Source of the DNA: a virus
Taxonomy: Duplodnaviria; Caudoviricetes
Direction: 5' to 3' (one strand)
DNA length: 27,396 nucleotides
Virus record (IMG/VR): IMGVR_UViG_3300001380_000281
Span: 1 to 27,396 of that record
Position numbers and translations under genes: made by a program. Positions 1 to 7,797 of this stretch are shown here, piece after piece. How positions within the stretch are numbered: the first letter of the stretch is position 1; each line of letters starts with the position of its first letter. The notes below the pieces were generated by a model. The model did not search any database and was not told the DNA's origin. It saw only the letters and a program-made list of their open reading frames with translations.

Positions 1-948
1 TCATTCAATAACGGGAGCACTTACTATGCCTTTCTCTCTAGGATGGGTCTTCTCCAGAACCTTCTTAAGCTTCGAGCTCTTGACCTCTATGTAAATCTGC
101 GTTGTATCAAGCGACTTATGGCGAAGAAGCTCTTGGATGCACCTTATATCGGCCCCGTTGTCATATAGATGGGTTCCGCATGTGTGTCGCAAGCTGTGAG
201 CATCTGTCTTGCGTTTGATCTTGGCTATACGGGCATATTTCTGAACGATGTGCGCAGGCATACCCGGATCTAGGGTTTTCCCCGCGTTAGACAAGAAGAG
301 TGTCTCCTCAAGTTCGTTCTTCACAAGCTTAGGTCGGGCGTTAGTGATATACTCTTCCAGATATAACGCAGCAACTTTACCTATCGGTACGGTCTGATCT
401 CCTCCGCCTTTTGGATGGCGAATACGGACGAGCCTATTTGGTAGATCGACATCCTTCACCAAAAGAAGCCTTGATTCGGTATTACGGATACCGCATGAGT
501 AATATAGCTCCATAAGAGCTTTGTCCCTTAAGCCTAATGTGGTCTCCGGATCGGGTGCATTCAAAAGACGTATCATTTCCCTCTCGCTCATTACCTCCCT
601 TACCCTGTGCCTTGGAGGATTCTTTACCCTGATATGGCTCGTAGGATCATAGAGATAATGCTTTTCCCGCACTAGGAATCTGAAGAACATCATGATCCCG
701 ATAATCTTGTGGTTCTGCGTGGATAGCGATAACCTTCTGTCTCTGAATTTCACCGATGCAAGGTATATATGAAATTGCGTGACAGTCTCCGGGTTCACTT
801 CTGACAGCTTCTCAATGGATTTCTCCTGAAGGTACTTGAAAAATCCTTTCAGATATACTATATAGGTCTCTATAGTCCGGTCCGAATAGCCGGAAGTCAT
901 CATGTAGACCTTATAATCAGCCAGTTCTTTTATACCTATATTTTCCAC
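1..948 (-). CDS. Tyrosine recombinase (XerC/XerD-like) with N-terminal SAM-like domain
   Basis: All catalytic residues visible: R in YSCGIRNTE, K in HPKGG, HxxR in HSLRH, H in LLRHK, Y in TTQIY. LRDKALMELYY box. GTG start with GGGAG upstream. Confidence 0.95.
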   Translation of the reverse strand: MENIGIKELADYKVYMMTSGYSDRTIETYIVYLKGFFKYLQEKSIEKLSEVNPETVTQFHIYLASVKFRDRRLSLSTQNHKIIGIMMFFRFLVREKHYLYDPTSHIRVKNPPRHRVREVMSEREMIRLLNAPDPETTLGLRDKALMELYYSCGIRNTESRLLLVKDVDLPNRLVRIRHPKGGGDQTVPIGKVAALYLEEYITNARPKLVKNELEETLFLSNAGKTLDPGMPAHIVQKYARIAKIKRKTDAHSLRHTCGTHLYDNGADIRCIQELLRHKSLDTTQIYIEVKSSKLKKVLEKTHPREKGIVSAPVIE

Positions 949-1063
949 AAGGCACTCCCGTACAAGGTCACAAGGTCAGGCTTCGATTTTCTATCCATAG
1001 TATTTACAGTTGGTTATGAAGTTTCTACCTTGTGACTTTGAATTCACAAGGTTCCACAAGGTC
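947..1063. repeat. Cluster of six ACAAGG(T) motifs, including a tandem pair and a 9-bp inverted repeat
   Basis: Copies at 947, 962, 970, 1046, 1056 (+) and 1027-1033 (-). ACCTTGTGA (1027-1035) and TCACAAGGT (1044-1052) form a perfect inverted repeat. Confidence 0.8.
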
Positions 1064-3205
1064 AAGCTTTAGCCTGTATTCCATGGTCTTCCCGTTGGAT
1101 CCGGCTATAAGCTCAACATATTTTGCCTCTACAAGCTCCTTTAATACGCCTCTTACCTCGTTGTCGGTTATGTGGGAGAAGGCCATAAGGTCTTTTCTAG
1201 TGAACGTTGCCCCTTCCTTGGATATCTTATGGGCAGCCGCCTTCTCTCGTATAAACTCCTCTATGCCCCTTAATATCTCCAGCGTTTCGCTGCGGAGCTG
1301 GCAATTCATCCTTACGACGGCCTTCATGAGATTATTGGCTATCTCGATATCTAAAGAGTCTACCTCTATATATTCGGCTTCCGTCTCCTGGAACCGCTTT
1401 ACCTCTTTATGATATTGCCTTAAGAGACATACCGCTTTGATTAAGGATAAGTATCTCGGCTGAAATATCGCGGCGCCCTTTGTTTCGTCAGAGCATTCAA
1501 TTTCTTTTACATACGGATTTATTATGGTGTAGGGCTTTAATAGCCTCTGGCTATTCCTGTGTTTCCGCTTGATGTTTTCCGCTTTCTTCTCGCGAAGTAT
1601 CCCACGGAGAGTCTCGTCGTCCCTTTGTTGTAATAATACTTTCTTTGTCTGATCCAACGATTCCTCCATCCTTAATATAAGGAAGTGGCTCGATAGCTTC
1701 TTTATTATCTTGGGATCGGAGGCGCTCACCATGATGGATACGGGGCCCTTGACCTTATAGTCATGGCTTCGAAGCTTCCCCGTCTCGGGACTCTTGTGGG
1801 TTACGGAATATGAGAGCCCCCTATTTTGAAGACTCGCCAGGATATAGTCGAGCTCCTTCAAGGAGCCCTCATCATCTATCACGAGCATCCTGTTCTTTAA
1901 GGATAATTCATCCCTATAGAACAATACTTGAGGTGACAGTTTCGTAAAACGCTCCAAGTCCTGTTCCGGCACCGTATCTAATAAGGCGTCCTTAATGGCA
2001 TCTTTTTGAGAGGAGACGCCTCCTACTAACATTATGGATAACGGGTGCGTAAGCTTCCTTGATATGAGCGAAAGATAACCTGTCAGAACATTCGTCTCTT
2101 CCCCTACTATGCCAAGGTCGGAGAAGTCCTTTAGGATCTCGGAAGTAATATCATCTGAGCGCAGGAACTTCATGGCCTCGTCTTTTTCGTGAGGCAGCAT
2201 GTCCTGAAACTTCTCTTTCTTTTCTAATATTATCTTTGCCTGTCTATCTTCAAGATCATCCGTGATTCTTAGTAGATCCTGGAACAAAAACCCCTGGTCA
2301 AGACGAATGAGTTTCCTTGCCATGGTAACGAAATTCCTACGCTGGCGCTCGGCGTATAAGTCTATCGTGTCCAGGTGCCATAAGCCCTGGTGAGTGGCTT
2401 TAAGATTTATGCGTAGGCAATCTAATCTGAAAGGATCAAGTCTTCTTACTCGATAACGCCTATCTTCGAACTCATAGAATATCTCCTCGCCTCTTTCCTC
2501 TATAATAGGCTCTGCCATATCTATCTTTGGCTCTTTGACCAAAGATAGGCAATAGTCTCGCTTTAGGCCCTCCACCACAAGCCTAGAGAGTGAGCTCGAT
2601 TCTATATCTATATAACCTACGGCAATTCCTTGGGACTTGATCTTTTTGGAGAATTTCTGAAGGTTATGGTTAGCGACAAGAAGAGTAACGGACTTAGTTT
2701 GATATTTCTCGAATATCTTAAGATGGGCATCGTTTAAGGTATCGCCTATCAAGCCGGCGGTTTCCCTCAAACCGATGGAATATAGCAGTAGTGCATTTAG
2801 GATCGAGTCTGTAAGATATATCTCCTTGGAAGCCTTCAATGCCTCGATGTTAAAGAGCGCTTCATTGCCGGGAAGGAATTTTTCCTTGTTGTCTGCAAGA
2901 CTAACGCCCATTACACTCGCGAAGGTCTTCCCCTCTGATCTTATGGGAACGATAAGCGATTCACTGAGTGTCTCGTTGAGGTTATCATCCAGGATGCCGA
3001 GCCTCTTTAGCTTGTTAAAGGTCTCCTGGTCGTCAGGAAGGGCCGCGGCAAGATTTCCGCTAAACCCGAGCTTGAAATTTATACATGTCTCTTGGCTATA
3101 TAGCCCGATCTTTTTTAAATACGCCTGAATTCTCTGGTCATCGAATAGTCTTGTATGGTAGAAATGAATGATGCGGTCTAAGAGCTCGCGGTCTTCGTAT
3201 TTCAC
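1025..3205 (-). CDS. DnaG-like primase core/Toprim + P-loop + winged-helix protein with degenerate motifs
   Basis: FYHTRL..AYLKKIGL..FKLGFS..LIVPI resembles the DnaG core. EIYLTDSILNAL is Toprim-like. GIVGEETNVLTGYLSLISRKL..FTKLSPQVLFY..VKGPVS is typical of primase/ATPase proteins next to Xer recombinases. Start moved to the GTG at 3205 because GGAGG lies just upstream. Confidence 0.8.
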   Translation of the reverse strand: MKYEDRELLDRIIHFYHTRLFDDQRIQAYLKKIGLYSQETCINFKLGFSGNLAAALPDDQETFNKLKRLGILDDNLNETLSESLIVPIRSEGKTFASVMGVSLADNKEKFLPGNEALFNIEALKASKEIYLTDSILNALLLYSIGLRETAGLIGDTLNDAHLKIFEKYQTKSVTLLVANHNLQKFSKKIKSQGIAVGYIDIESSSLSRLVVEGLKRDYCLSLVKEPKIDMAEPIIEERGEEIFYEFEDRRYRVRRLDPFRLDCLRINLKATHQGLWHLDTIDLYAERQRRNFVTMARKLIRLDQGFLFQDLLRITDDLEDRQAKIILEKKEKFQDMLPHEKDEAMKFLRSDDITSEILKDFSDLGIVGEETNVLTGYLSLISRKLTHPLSIMLVGGVSSQKDAIKDALLDTVPEQDLERFTKLSPQVLFYRDELSLKNRMLVIDDEGSLKELDYILASLQNRGLSYSVTHKSPETGKLRSHDYKVKGPVSIMVSASDPKIIKKLSSHFLILRMEESLDQTKKVLLQQRDDETLRGILREKKAENIKRKHRNSQRLLKPYTIINPYVKEIECSDETKGAAIFQPRYLSLIKAVCLLRQYHKEVKRFQETEAEYIEVDSLDIEIANNLMKAVVRMNCQLRSETLEILRGIEEFIREKAAAHKISKEGATFTRKDLMAFSHITDNEVRGVLKELVEAKYVELIAGSNGKTMEYRLKLDLVEPCEFKVTR

Positions 3206-3215
3206 ATTGCCTCCG

Positions 3216-3246
3216 TTGATATGGGAATAATTTATTCCCATATCAA
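3216..3246. promoter_or_regulatory. Operator 1: perfect 15-bp-arm palindrome
   Basis: TTGATATGGGAATAA-T-TTATTCCCATATCAA. It covers the predicted transcription start of the primase-like gene. Confidence 0.85.
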
Positions 3247-3273
3247 TTATACCATTTACCACGATTAAGTCAA
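3246..3273 (-). promoter_or_regulatory. Sigma70-type promoter for the primase-like/recombinase operon
   Basis: TTGACT (3273-3268), 16-nt spacer, TATAAT (3251-3246), with an extended -10 TG (TGGTATAAT). Confidence 0.75.
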
Positions 3274-3280
3274 GCAAATA

Positions 3281-3297
3281 GGGAATAATTTATTCCC
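3281..3297. promoter_or_regulatory. Operator 2 (same core palindrome); half site at 3307-3316
   Basis: GGGAATAA-T-TTATTCCC. A third half site, TTTATTCCCA, sits in the spacer of the rightward promoter. Confidence 0.85.
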
Positions 3298-3298
3298 G

Positions 3299-3327
3299 TT
3301 GACAGTTTTATTCCCATTATATAAACT
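3299..3327 (+). promoter_or_regulatory. Sigma70-type promoter for the XRE gene, probably leaderless
   Basis: TTGACA (3299-3304), 17 nt, TAAACT (3322-3327). The ATG is 7 nt after the -10 and no Shine-Dalgarno is visible. Confidence 0.75.
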
Positions 3328-3333
3328 TGATGT

Positions 3334-3603
3334 ATGAAAACTACGGTCTTAGGCGAAATGCTAAGAGCTCGCAGAAAAGAGCTTAAACTCACTATTGATG
3401 ACTTGGCAAAACAGGTCGGTGTAGACAGAACATACATTGGCAAAATCGAGAAACAAGGTATTCTGCCTCTGCCCAGAGTTCTGACTAAGATCATCAAACG
3501 TCTTAATGATAATCCTATTAAATACATACGAGTTTATAAAACCCTTAAAGTTAACCGTGCACTGTCAACCGTAAAACAAAAAATACTGCCTGAAAAGTTT
3601 TAA
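3334..3603 (+). CDS. XRE/Cro-C1 family helix-turn-helix repressor
   Basis: LGEMLRARRKELKLTIDDLAKQVGVDRTYIGKIEK matches HTH_3. It is the only convincing plus-strand gene and lies next to palindromic operators. Confidence 0.92.
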   Translation: MKTTVLGEMLRARRKELKLTIDDLAKQVGVDRTYIGKIEKQGILPLPRVLTKIIKRLNDNPIKYIRVYKTLKVNRALSTVKQKILPEKF

Positions 3604-4025
3604 TTTCCTCTCCCTTCTCTACAAAACTCACTCTCCATAAAATCCATAATATACATGCAACCGATTAGCCCCTTATATCCCCGTGGCTTCATAATAAGAA
3701 AGGGAACCTTTTTCGTCTGAAAATGGTTGTATGAATTTGCCTGGCACATCCCATCTACAAAGAACTTAATTTTAACCAGTCTTTTCTCTTTTGCCTTTTC
3801 GAACAACACGGGCATTTCGAGCCTGAACAATACCAGTACGCCGTTTACTATGACCGGTTCTTTGATCTTGCGAATCCATTTGGGATTTTGTTTTCCGTAT
3901 TTGACTTCGACGGCGTATTTCGCGTGGTGGACATCTTCGCAGGATTCGGAATAGTTTATTCTAATCCTTCTTTTGCCTCCAAGAATCTTGGCTACCTGTC
4001 TTTCGGCGTCTTTCCAGCCTGTCAC
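3600..4025 (-). CDS. PD-(D/E)XK nuclease, putative Holliday-junction resolvase
   Basis: WKDAERQVAKILGG ... EDV ... AVEVKY motif. Position at the end of the replication block. Confidence 0.6.
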   Translation of the reverse strand: MTGWKDAERQVAKILGGKRRIRINYSESCEDVHHAKYAVEVKYGKQNPKWIRKIKEPVIVNGVLVLFRLEMPVLFEKAKEKRLVKIKFFVDGMCQANSYNHFQTKKVPFLIMKPRGYKGLIGCMYIMDFMESEFCREGRGN

Positions 4026-4279
4026 CCAATCACCGCGGCCTTTAAGATCTGCTCCACAAACGCGGGGACTTCATTACCGGCTATTTTCCCCGAGCTGGCT
4101 AGTACCTTGATAAGCGTTTCCCGAGTAACGGTAACGTCCGTCAGCTTTACTATTCTTAATCCCTGCCTTGCGAGAGCTTTCATTACGCCAGAATTGTCCA
4201 TGAGTTCTTTTGTGATCCAGCTGTAATCCGGCTCCTTCACCTCTTGCGCCTCTTTAGTCCTTAGATTCTTTTTTGCCAC
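4022..4279 (-). CDS. Hypothetical phage protein
   Basis: AGGAGG RBS. Overlaps both neighbours in the operon. Confidence 0.6.
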   Translation of the reverse strand: MAKKNLRTKEAQEVKEPDYSWITKELMDNSGVMKALARQGLRIVKLTDVTVTRETLIKVLASSGKIAGNEVPAFVEQILKAAVIG

Positions 4280-4451
4280 TTGTTACCTCCTTTATGTAGT
4301 GTTCGATTTCCTTAGCGGCCTTGTCTATCTGGGTTTGCCATGCCTCTTTAGTAAACGCTGCCCCACACACAAAACAGTGCGAGTGTTCCTTCCGGTACTT
4401 CCATGCTACTGGCGACGGATAGAAGTATTTACTTAGGATTTTCTTGAGCAC
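4254..4451 (-). CDS. Small hypothetical protein with CxxC
   Basis: AGGAG RBS, HSHCFVCG motif, operon-tight spacing. Confidence 0.55.
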   Translation of the reverse strand: MLKKILSKYFYPSPVAWKYRKEHSHCFVCGAAFTKEAWQTQIDKAAKEIEHYIKEVTSGKKESKD

Positions 4452-4750
4452 GCTGTCTCCTTACGGCATCTTCTAAAGTGATGGTCACGAGCAATTTCAA
4501 GGTTTCGCTCCAGGCCATAGCGAGCGATGAAAGCATTGCGGCCAAGCACTCCTGCCTCTTGATGGTGATAACGACACAATGGGATGCGATTTTCTGGACA
4601 ACAACAACCCTGTCCGGCATTGTTATTGCCCTTGGACCCCATTCCCCTGGCAAAGATCTCATGATTCTCAGCAGGCTCTCTACAGATTTCGCAGAAGATG
4701 TGGGTTCGCTCATAGTAATCCTTATACTCTTGTGCCTTCTTGCCCAGCAT
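4433..4750 (-). CDS. HNH-like zinc-binding endonuclease (DUF968/NinG-like)
   Basis: CEIC...NHEI...ENRIPLCRYHHQE pattern. Confidence 0.65.
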   Translation of the reverse strand: MLGKKAQEYKDYYERTHIFCEICREPAENHEIFARGMGSKGNNNAGQGCCCPENRIPLCRYHHQEAGVLGRNAFIARYGLERNLEIARDHHFRRCRKETACSRKS

Positions 4751-4904
4751 TTCGCTTCCTCGGTAGTTTTCTCTTATAGCGGCATGGCCTTAGTGCGCTA
4801 AAATCCATCCGCTTCTCCGGATTAGAACAATTAAATTGTAAAGAGCAGTTGGAGCATACAAATTCGATCACTTTCTTACGAGCCTGCTCAAAGTTCACGG
4901 CCAC
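4722..4904 (-). CDS. Small Cys-rich hypothetical protein
   Basis: CSNCSLQFNC...C. Overlaps both neighbours. Confidence 0.5.
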   Translation of the reverse strand: MAVNFEQARKKVIEFVCSNCSLQFNCSNPEKRMDFSALRPCRYKRKLPRKRNAGQEGTRV

Positions 4905-5326
4905 TCCTTGACGCTCTTCTCGCGCATGTCGGTAATCATGATCTCAACTGTTCGCACCCGGGATTCATTATTGTATTTTTTGAAGGTCTTTAGCATGACG
5001 ATAAGATATGAGAGATGGGTTCTATTTTCGTTAGTGATACAACTAACTTCCTGAGAGTATTTTCCGGATAGGCCTCGCATATTACTTCTGACATCTTCTG
5101 GCGCCACCTCTTTCTGCCGTTCGGGTAGACCTCTCCATTCTTTCATCCTGAAAGGTTCAGACGGTAATGGCCGATACTTCAAACCGTTAAGGGCATAGTC
5201 GTATGTCCAATAGTGACACGCTTCTTCCAATTGCTCTTGGGTAAGACGGCCTTCCATTCGATCCTGGTAAAGTTCTATCAACATCTTTACTTCCTCCGGT
5301 TGACGTGACGAATCGGGCAGGTTCAT
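4895..5326 (-). CDS. Hypothetical protein, possible helicase-loader partner of the initiator
   Basis: ATGA overlap with the initiator gene. Function is inferred from position only. Confidence 0.55.
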   Translation of the reverse strand: MNLPDSSRQPEEVKMLIELYQDRMEGRLTQEQLEEACHYWTYDYALNGLKYRPLPSEPFRMKEWRGLPERQKEVAPEDVRSNMRGLSGKYSQEVSCITNENRTHLSYLIVMLKTFKKYNNESRVRTVEIMITDMREKSVKEWP

Positions 5327-6015
5327 TTCTTCCCCCAGTTTTTCATCTTGCTAGCCAGGCCCTTGTCATTATTGTAGTAGCCCTCGATCTTCGACCTGCG
5401 AAAGAGCGTAGTCGGTCTAAGGTATGGCTCCATCGTCTCGTCGCCTAACCACCTCTCGCACTGGTTTTCTATGACCTTAAGAAGCATCTCTTTCGTATAG
5501 CCCTCTTTTAGCCTGGCGGTTATCAACAACTGGTTATCCTTGGACTGCCACCGATATTGTTTGCCGGATAAAGTATTAAGGCGTGCCAGCACTTCTTTTA
5601 CTGTCTCGAGATATTTATTTGTCTCTTTCTGGGTGAGCTCCTGAGCACTCCTGAGCTCTCCGGAGGTCTCAAGAATATCCAGGACGTTCTGACTGCGCTT
5701 TCGATTGGACCATTCATCCGAATAGCCATTGGCAAGCCGCGGACAGAATAAGACCTCATCCTTTTCTAAAACGAATAACTCAAGGTTAATGGCGCGCTTT
5801 AATGCCTTGTCCACTACCTCGGGCTTTTCGTTCAGAAAGAACGCTATATCAGTAGCGTTGTATTTAGATAACGGAAGACGCCCGTACTTACCCTCTTTAC
5901 CGATAATCTCAAGGCAGTAAAAGAACATCGCATACCCAACACTGCCAAATTCCCGGCATAACTTCTGAATCTTGATATCGGTGTGAGCGTCTACACGGTG
6001 TTTAAACCATTTCAT
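5323..6015 (-). CDS. Phage replication initiator (DUF4373-like N-terminus, conserved phage C-terminal domain)
   Basis: MKWFKH..D.KIQKL..FG..GYA.FF..LEII N-terminus. LITARLKEGY..W..YLRPTTLF..KIEGY C-terminus. Tandem repeats in the linker. Confidence 0.85.
   Translation of the reverse strand: MKWFKHRVDAHTDIKIQKLCREFGSVGYAMFFYCLEIIGKEGKYGRLPLSKYNATDIAFFLNEKPEVVDKALKRAINLELFVLEKDEVLFCPRLANGYSDEWSNRKRSQNVLDILETSGELRSAQELTQKETNKYLETVKEVLARLNTLSGKQYRWQSKDNQLLITARLKEGYTKEMLLKVIENQCERWLGDETMEPYLRPTTLFRRSKIEGYYNNDKGLASKMKNWGKK
5641..5670. repeat. Three 10-bp tandem repeats in the initiator gene (putative origin iterons)
   Basis: CTGAGCACTC / CTGAGCTCTC / CGGAGGTCTC, preceded by a partial copy GTGAGCTC and flanked by an AT-rich stretch at 5611-5629. 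Confidence 0.6.
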
Positions 6016-6016
6016 C

Positions 6017-6271
6017 TCACCCCTCGATTATCGCGATGACGTCACTTTCTTTTATAAATACGGCCTCCGTGTTATTTATTGGAATCGATTGTCCGGACTG
6101 CGGCATAGCGACAACCCTAGAGCCGACAACGATCTTCTCGACTTCTTCGCCAACTGCAAGCACCTCGACAACTTCTTCTTCCTTCTGGGCCGTGTCGGGA
6201 AGCACTATGCCTGATTTTTGCGTAGCTTTCTCGACCTTGACTAATATCCAATTCTTTACGGGCTTTATCAT
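6017..6271 (-). CDS. groES: Co-chaperonin GroES (Cpn10) homologue
   Basis: MIKPVKNWILV..TQKSGIVLPDTAQK..EVLAVG..VGSRV..FIKESDVIAIIE. Confidence 0.9.
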   Translation of the reverse strand: MIKPVKNWILVKVEKATQKSGIVLPDTAQKEEEVVEVLAVGEEVEKIVVGSRVVAMPQSGQSIPINNTEAVFIKESDVIAIIEG

Positions 6272-6275
6272 CGCT

Positions 6276-6740
6276 CTATTTCCTTTCAGCTTTATTGCGC
6301 AGAAACGGAGGGACCTCGTCTACGACATCCGCCGGTTCCTGATCGTCATCGGGAAGATAATCAACAACCTTATTTCCCATGGCGCCGTCCGGCTTAGGCC
6401 CTTTACTGACCGTGATCCAGAGTTTCCTGCCTTCGCAAGCCGATAGTATTCTTTTGAACACCTCGCTGCTTGTGTCCATGTCCGGCTGTTCCGCTACCTG
6501 TACGCCGCAGGTATTGACGAATGTAGCGAGTCTCCACTGCGCCTTCTCCGTGAGCGGAAAGAAATCCGACAGGGTAGCCCCTATCTCTTCGTTACCTTCG
6601 GGGCCGATGATCTCGTACTCGAAGATAACGCAGTCGTTCTTATTGGCCGAGACATAATCCTTCCAGGAATTAACAACTACGTGGTAGGTGTTTGGCTCGA
6701 CTACTCTATTCCTTGAGTTTTTCCATGACATTTTTGGCAT
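6276..6740 (-). CDS. DUF669-like single-stranded DNA-binding protein
   Basis: EPNTYHVVV..SANKN..F.LTEKAQWRL..F, acidic tail DDDQEPADVVDEVPPF. Located downstream of a Sak4-like ATPase. Confidence 0.75.
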   Translation of the reverse strand: MPKMSWKNSRNRVVEPNTYHVVVNSWKDYVSANKNDCVIFEYEIIGPEGNEEIGATLSDFFPLTEKAQWRLATFVNTCGVQVAEQPDMDTSSEVFKRILSACEGRKLWITVSKGPKPDGAMGNKVVDYLPDDDQEPADVVDEVPPFLRNKAERK

Positions 6741-6753
6741 CTCTATTCCTCCT

Positions 6754-7002
6754 TTAAGCCTGCTTTAGGTTTTTTCTGCACTCGGTGTCCAAGCGGTGAA
6801 GTAATTTCTCCCACCGGACCAAGACACGGTGCTTCCAGTTATCACATGGGACATGCCTCTCGACATCGCACGAGCAAGCATTTGAAGCCTCTATCATCCT
6901 GTCGGTGGCTTCGTCATACATGCGTCCTATTCGCTTCAATTTGGACACAGTCCACCCGCCCTTTCGTATAATCTTGCTGATGCAAGAACTTGCCAGATCC
7001 AT
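6754..7002 (-). CDS. Hypothetical protein (Cys/His-rich)
   Basis: Start moved to the ATG at 7002 (AGAAAGGA RBS). CSC..H.PC motif. Confidence 0.5.
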   Translation of the reverse strand: MDLASSCISKIIRKGGWTVSKLKRIGRMYDEATDRMIEASNACSCDVERHVPCDNWKHRVLVRWEKLLHRLDTECRKNLKQA

Positions 7003-7015
7003 GCTCGTATCCTTT

Positions 7016-7381
7016 CTAAGCAAAGTTATATGCCTCCTTAGGTTTAAGCCACCTGGCCACTTTAAGACGCAGCTCATCGAGTGGATCCTGAAAGCTTGCG
7101 CCTTCGTCCATCTCGATTACCTGATTGACACGCCAGAATTTGATCTTTCGTATAGCGCTGGCCATGGTATTAGCCCAGTTGGGAACTTGCATATAATACT
7201 GATATGTCTGTTGTTGGGCAGTCGCGGCGCCCTGCCAGATAGCGCCCAAAGTTGCGGTGGTTGTACTTATATCGTTACATGGTATTGCCGAACCCACCTG
7301 CCAACCGCTACCTGCGGTCATACTCTCCGTAAGGTGGCGGTAGGCATCAAGCTGTGTGCTTGTCATGCTTAGGGTGGCCAT
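7016..7381 (-). CDS. Hypothetical phage protein
   Basis: Starts 2 nt after the upstream stop. C-terminal DPLDELRLKVARWL. Confidence 0.6.
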   Translation of the reverse strand: MATLSMTSTQLDAYRHLTESMTAGSGWQVGSAIPCNDISTTTATLGAIWQGAATAQQQTYQYYMQVPNWANTMASAIRKIKFWRVNQVIEMDEGASFQDPLDELRLKVARWLKPKEAYNFA

Positions 7382-7383
7382 CC

Positions 7384-7797
7384 TTAGACCTTCTGGGTTA
7401 TCTTCTTCTCAATGTTGTAGTTCACATTGGGAAGTTTCTCGGTGAGCATGTTATATATTTCTTTCATGTTCACGAGCTCATTGCAGAAGCGGTCTTCCAT
7501 CTTCTTATGGAAATCTTTAAGGCTCGCCACAAGCTCCTGGCGCTGTTCTTCCTTGAACTTAGCTATATGCTCTGAGAACTCTTTGTTGAGTCTCGCCTTC
7601 TCGTTTTCGAGCTCGATCTTCATCTTCTCTTCGTTTAAGCGCTGCATGTGCTTGATCTCTTCGGCCTCTAAGCGCTTTTTGAGTTTTACGTCCTCAAGCT
7701 CCTCTTTTGTCGCGCGAAGGGCTTTCAGCGTCTTCTCGTACTCGCCCTGCAACTCCGCTACATCCGTCTTCTTAATGAACAGGCTCATTAACCCCAT
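7384..7797 (-). CDS. Coiled-coil hypothetical protein
   Basis: GGAGGAG RBS. Long E/K/L heptad-rich helix. Confidence 0.7.
   Translation of the reverse strand: MGLMSLFIKKTDVAELQGEYEKTLKALRATKEELEDVKLKKRLEAEEIKHMQRLNEEKMKIELENEKARLNKEFSEHIAKFKEEQRQELVASLKDFHKKMEDRFCNELVNMKEIYNMLTEKLPNVNYNIEKKITQKV

Noticed and set aside
3270-3527. 85-aa minus-strand ORF and the 24-codon N-terminal extension of the primase-like ORF
   Set aside because: The ORF is the antisense shadow of the XRE gene. The extension runs through the promoter and operators, while the RBS supports the GTG at 3205.
3298-3569. 9-bp inverted repeat GTTGACAGT / ACTGTCAAC bracketing most of the XRE gene (invertible segment or antisense promoter)
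   Set aside because: The match is short, one copy is simply the -35 box, and the second TTGACA has no acceptable -10 at 16-18 nt.
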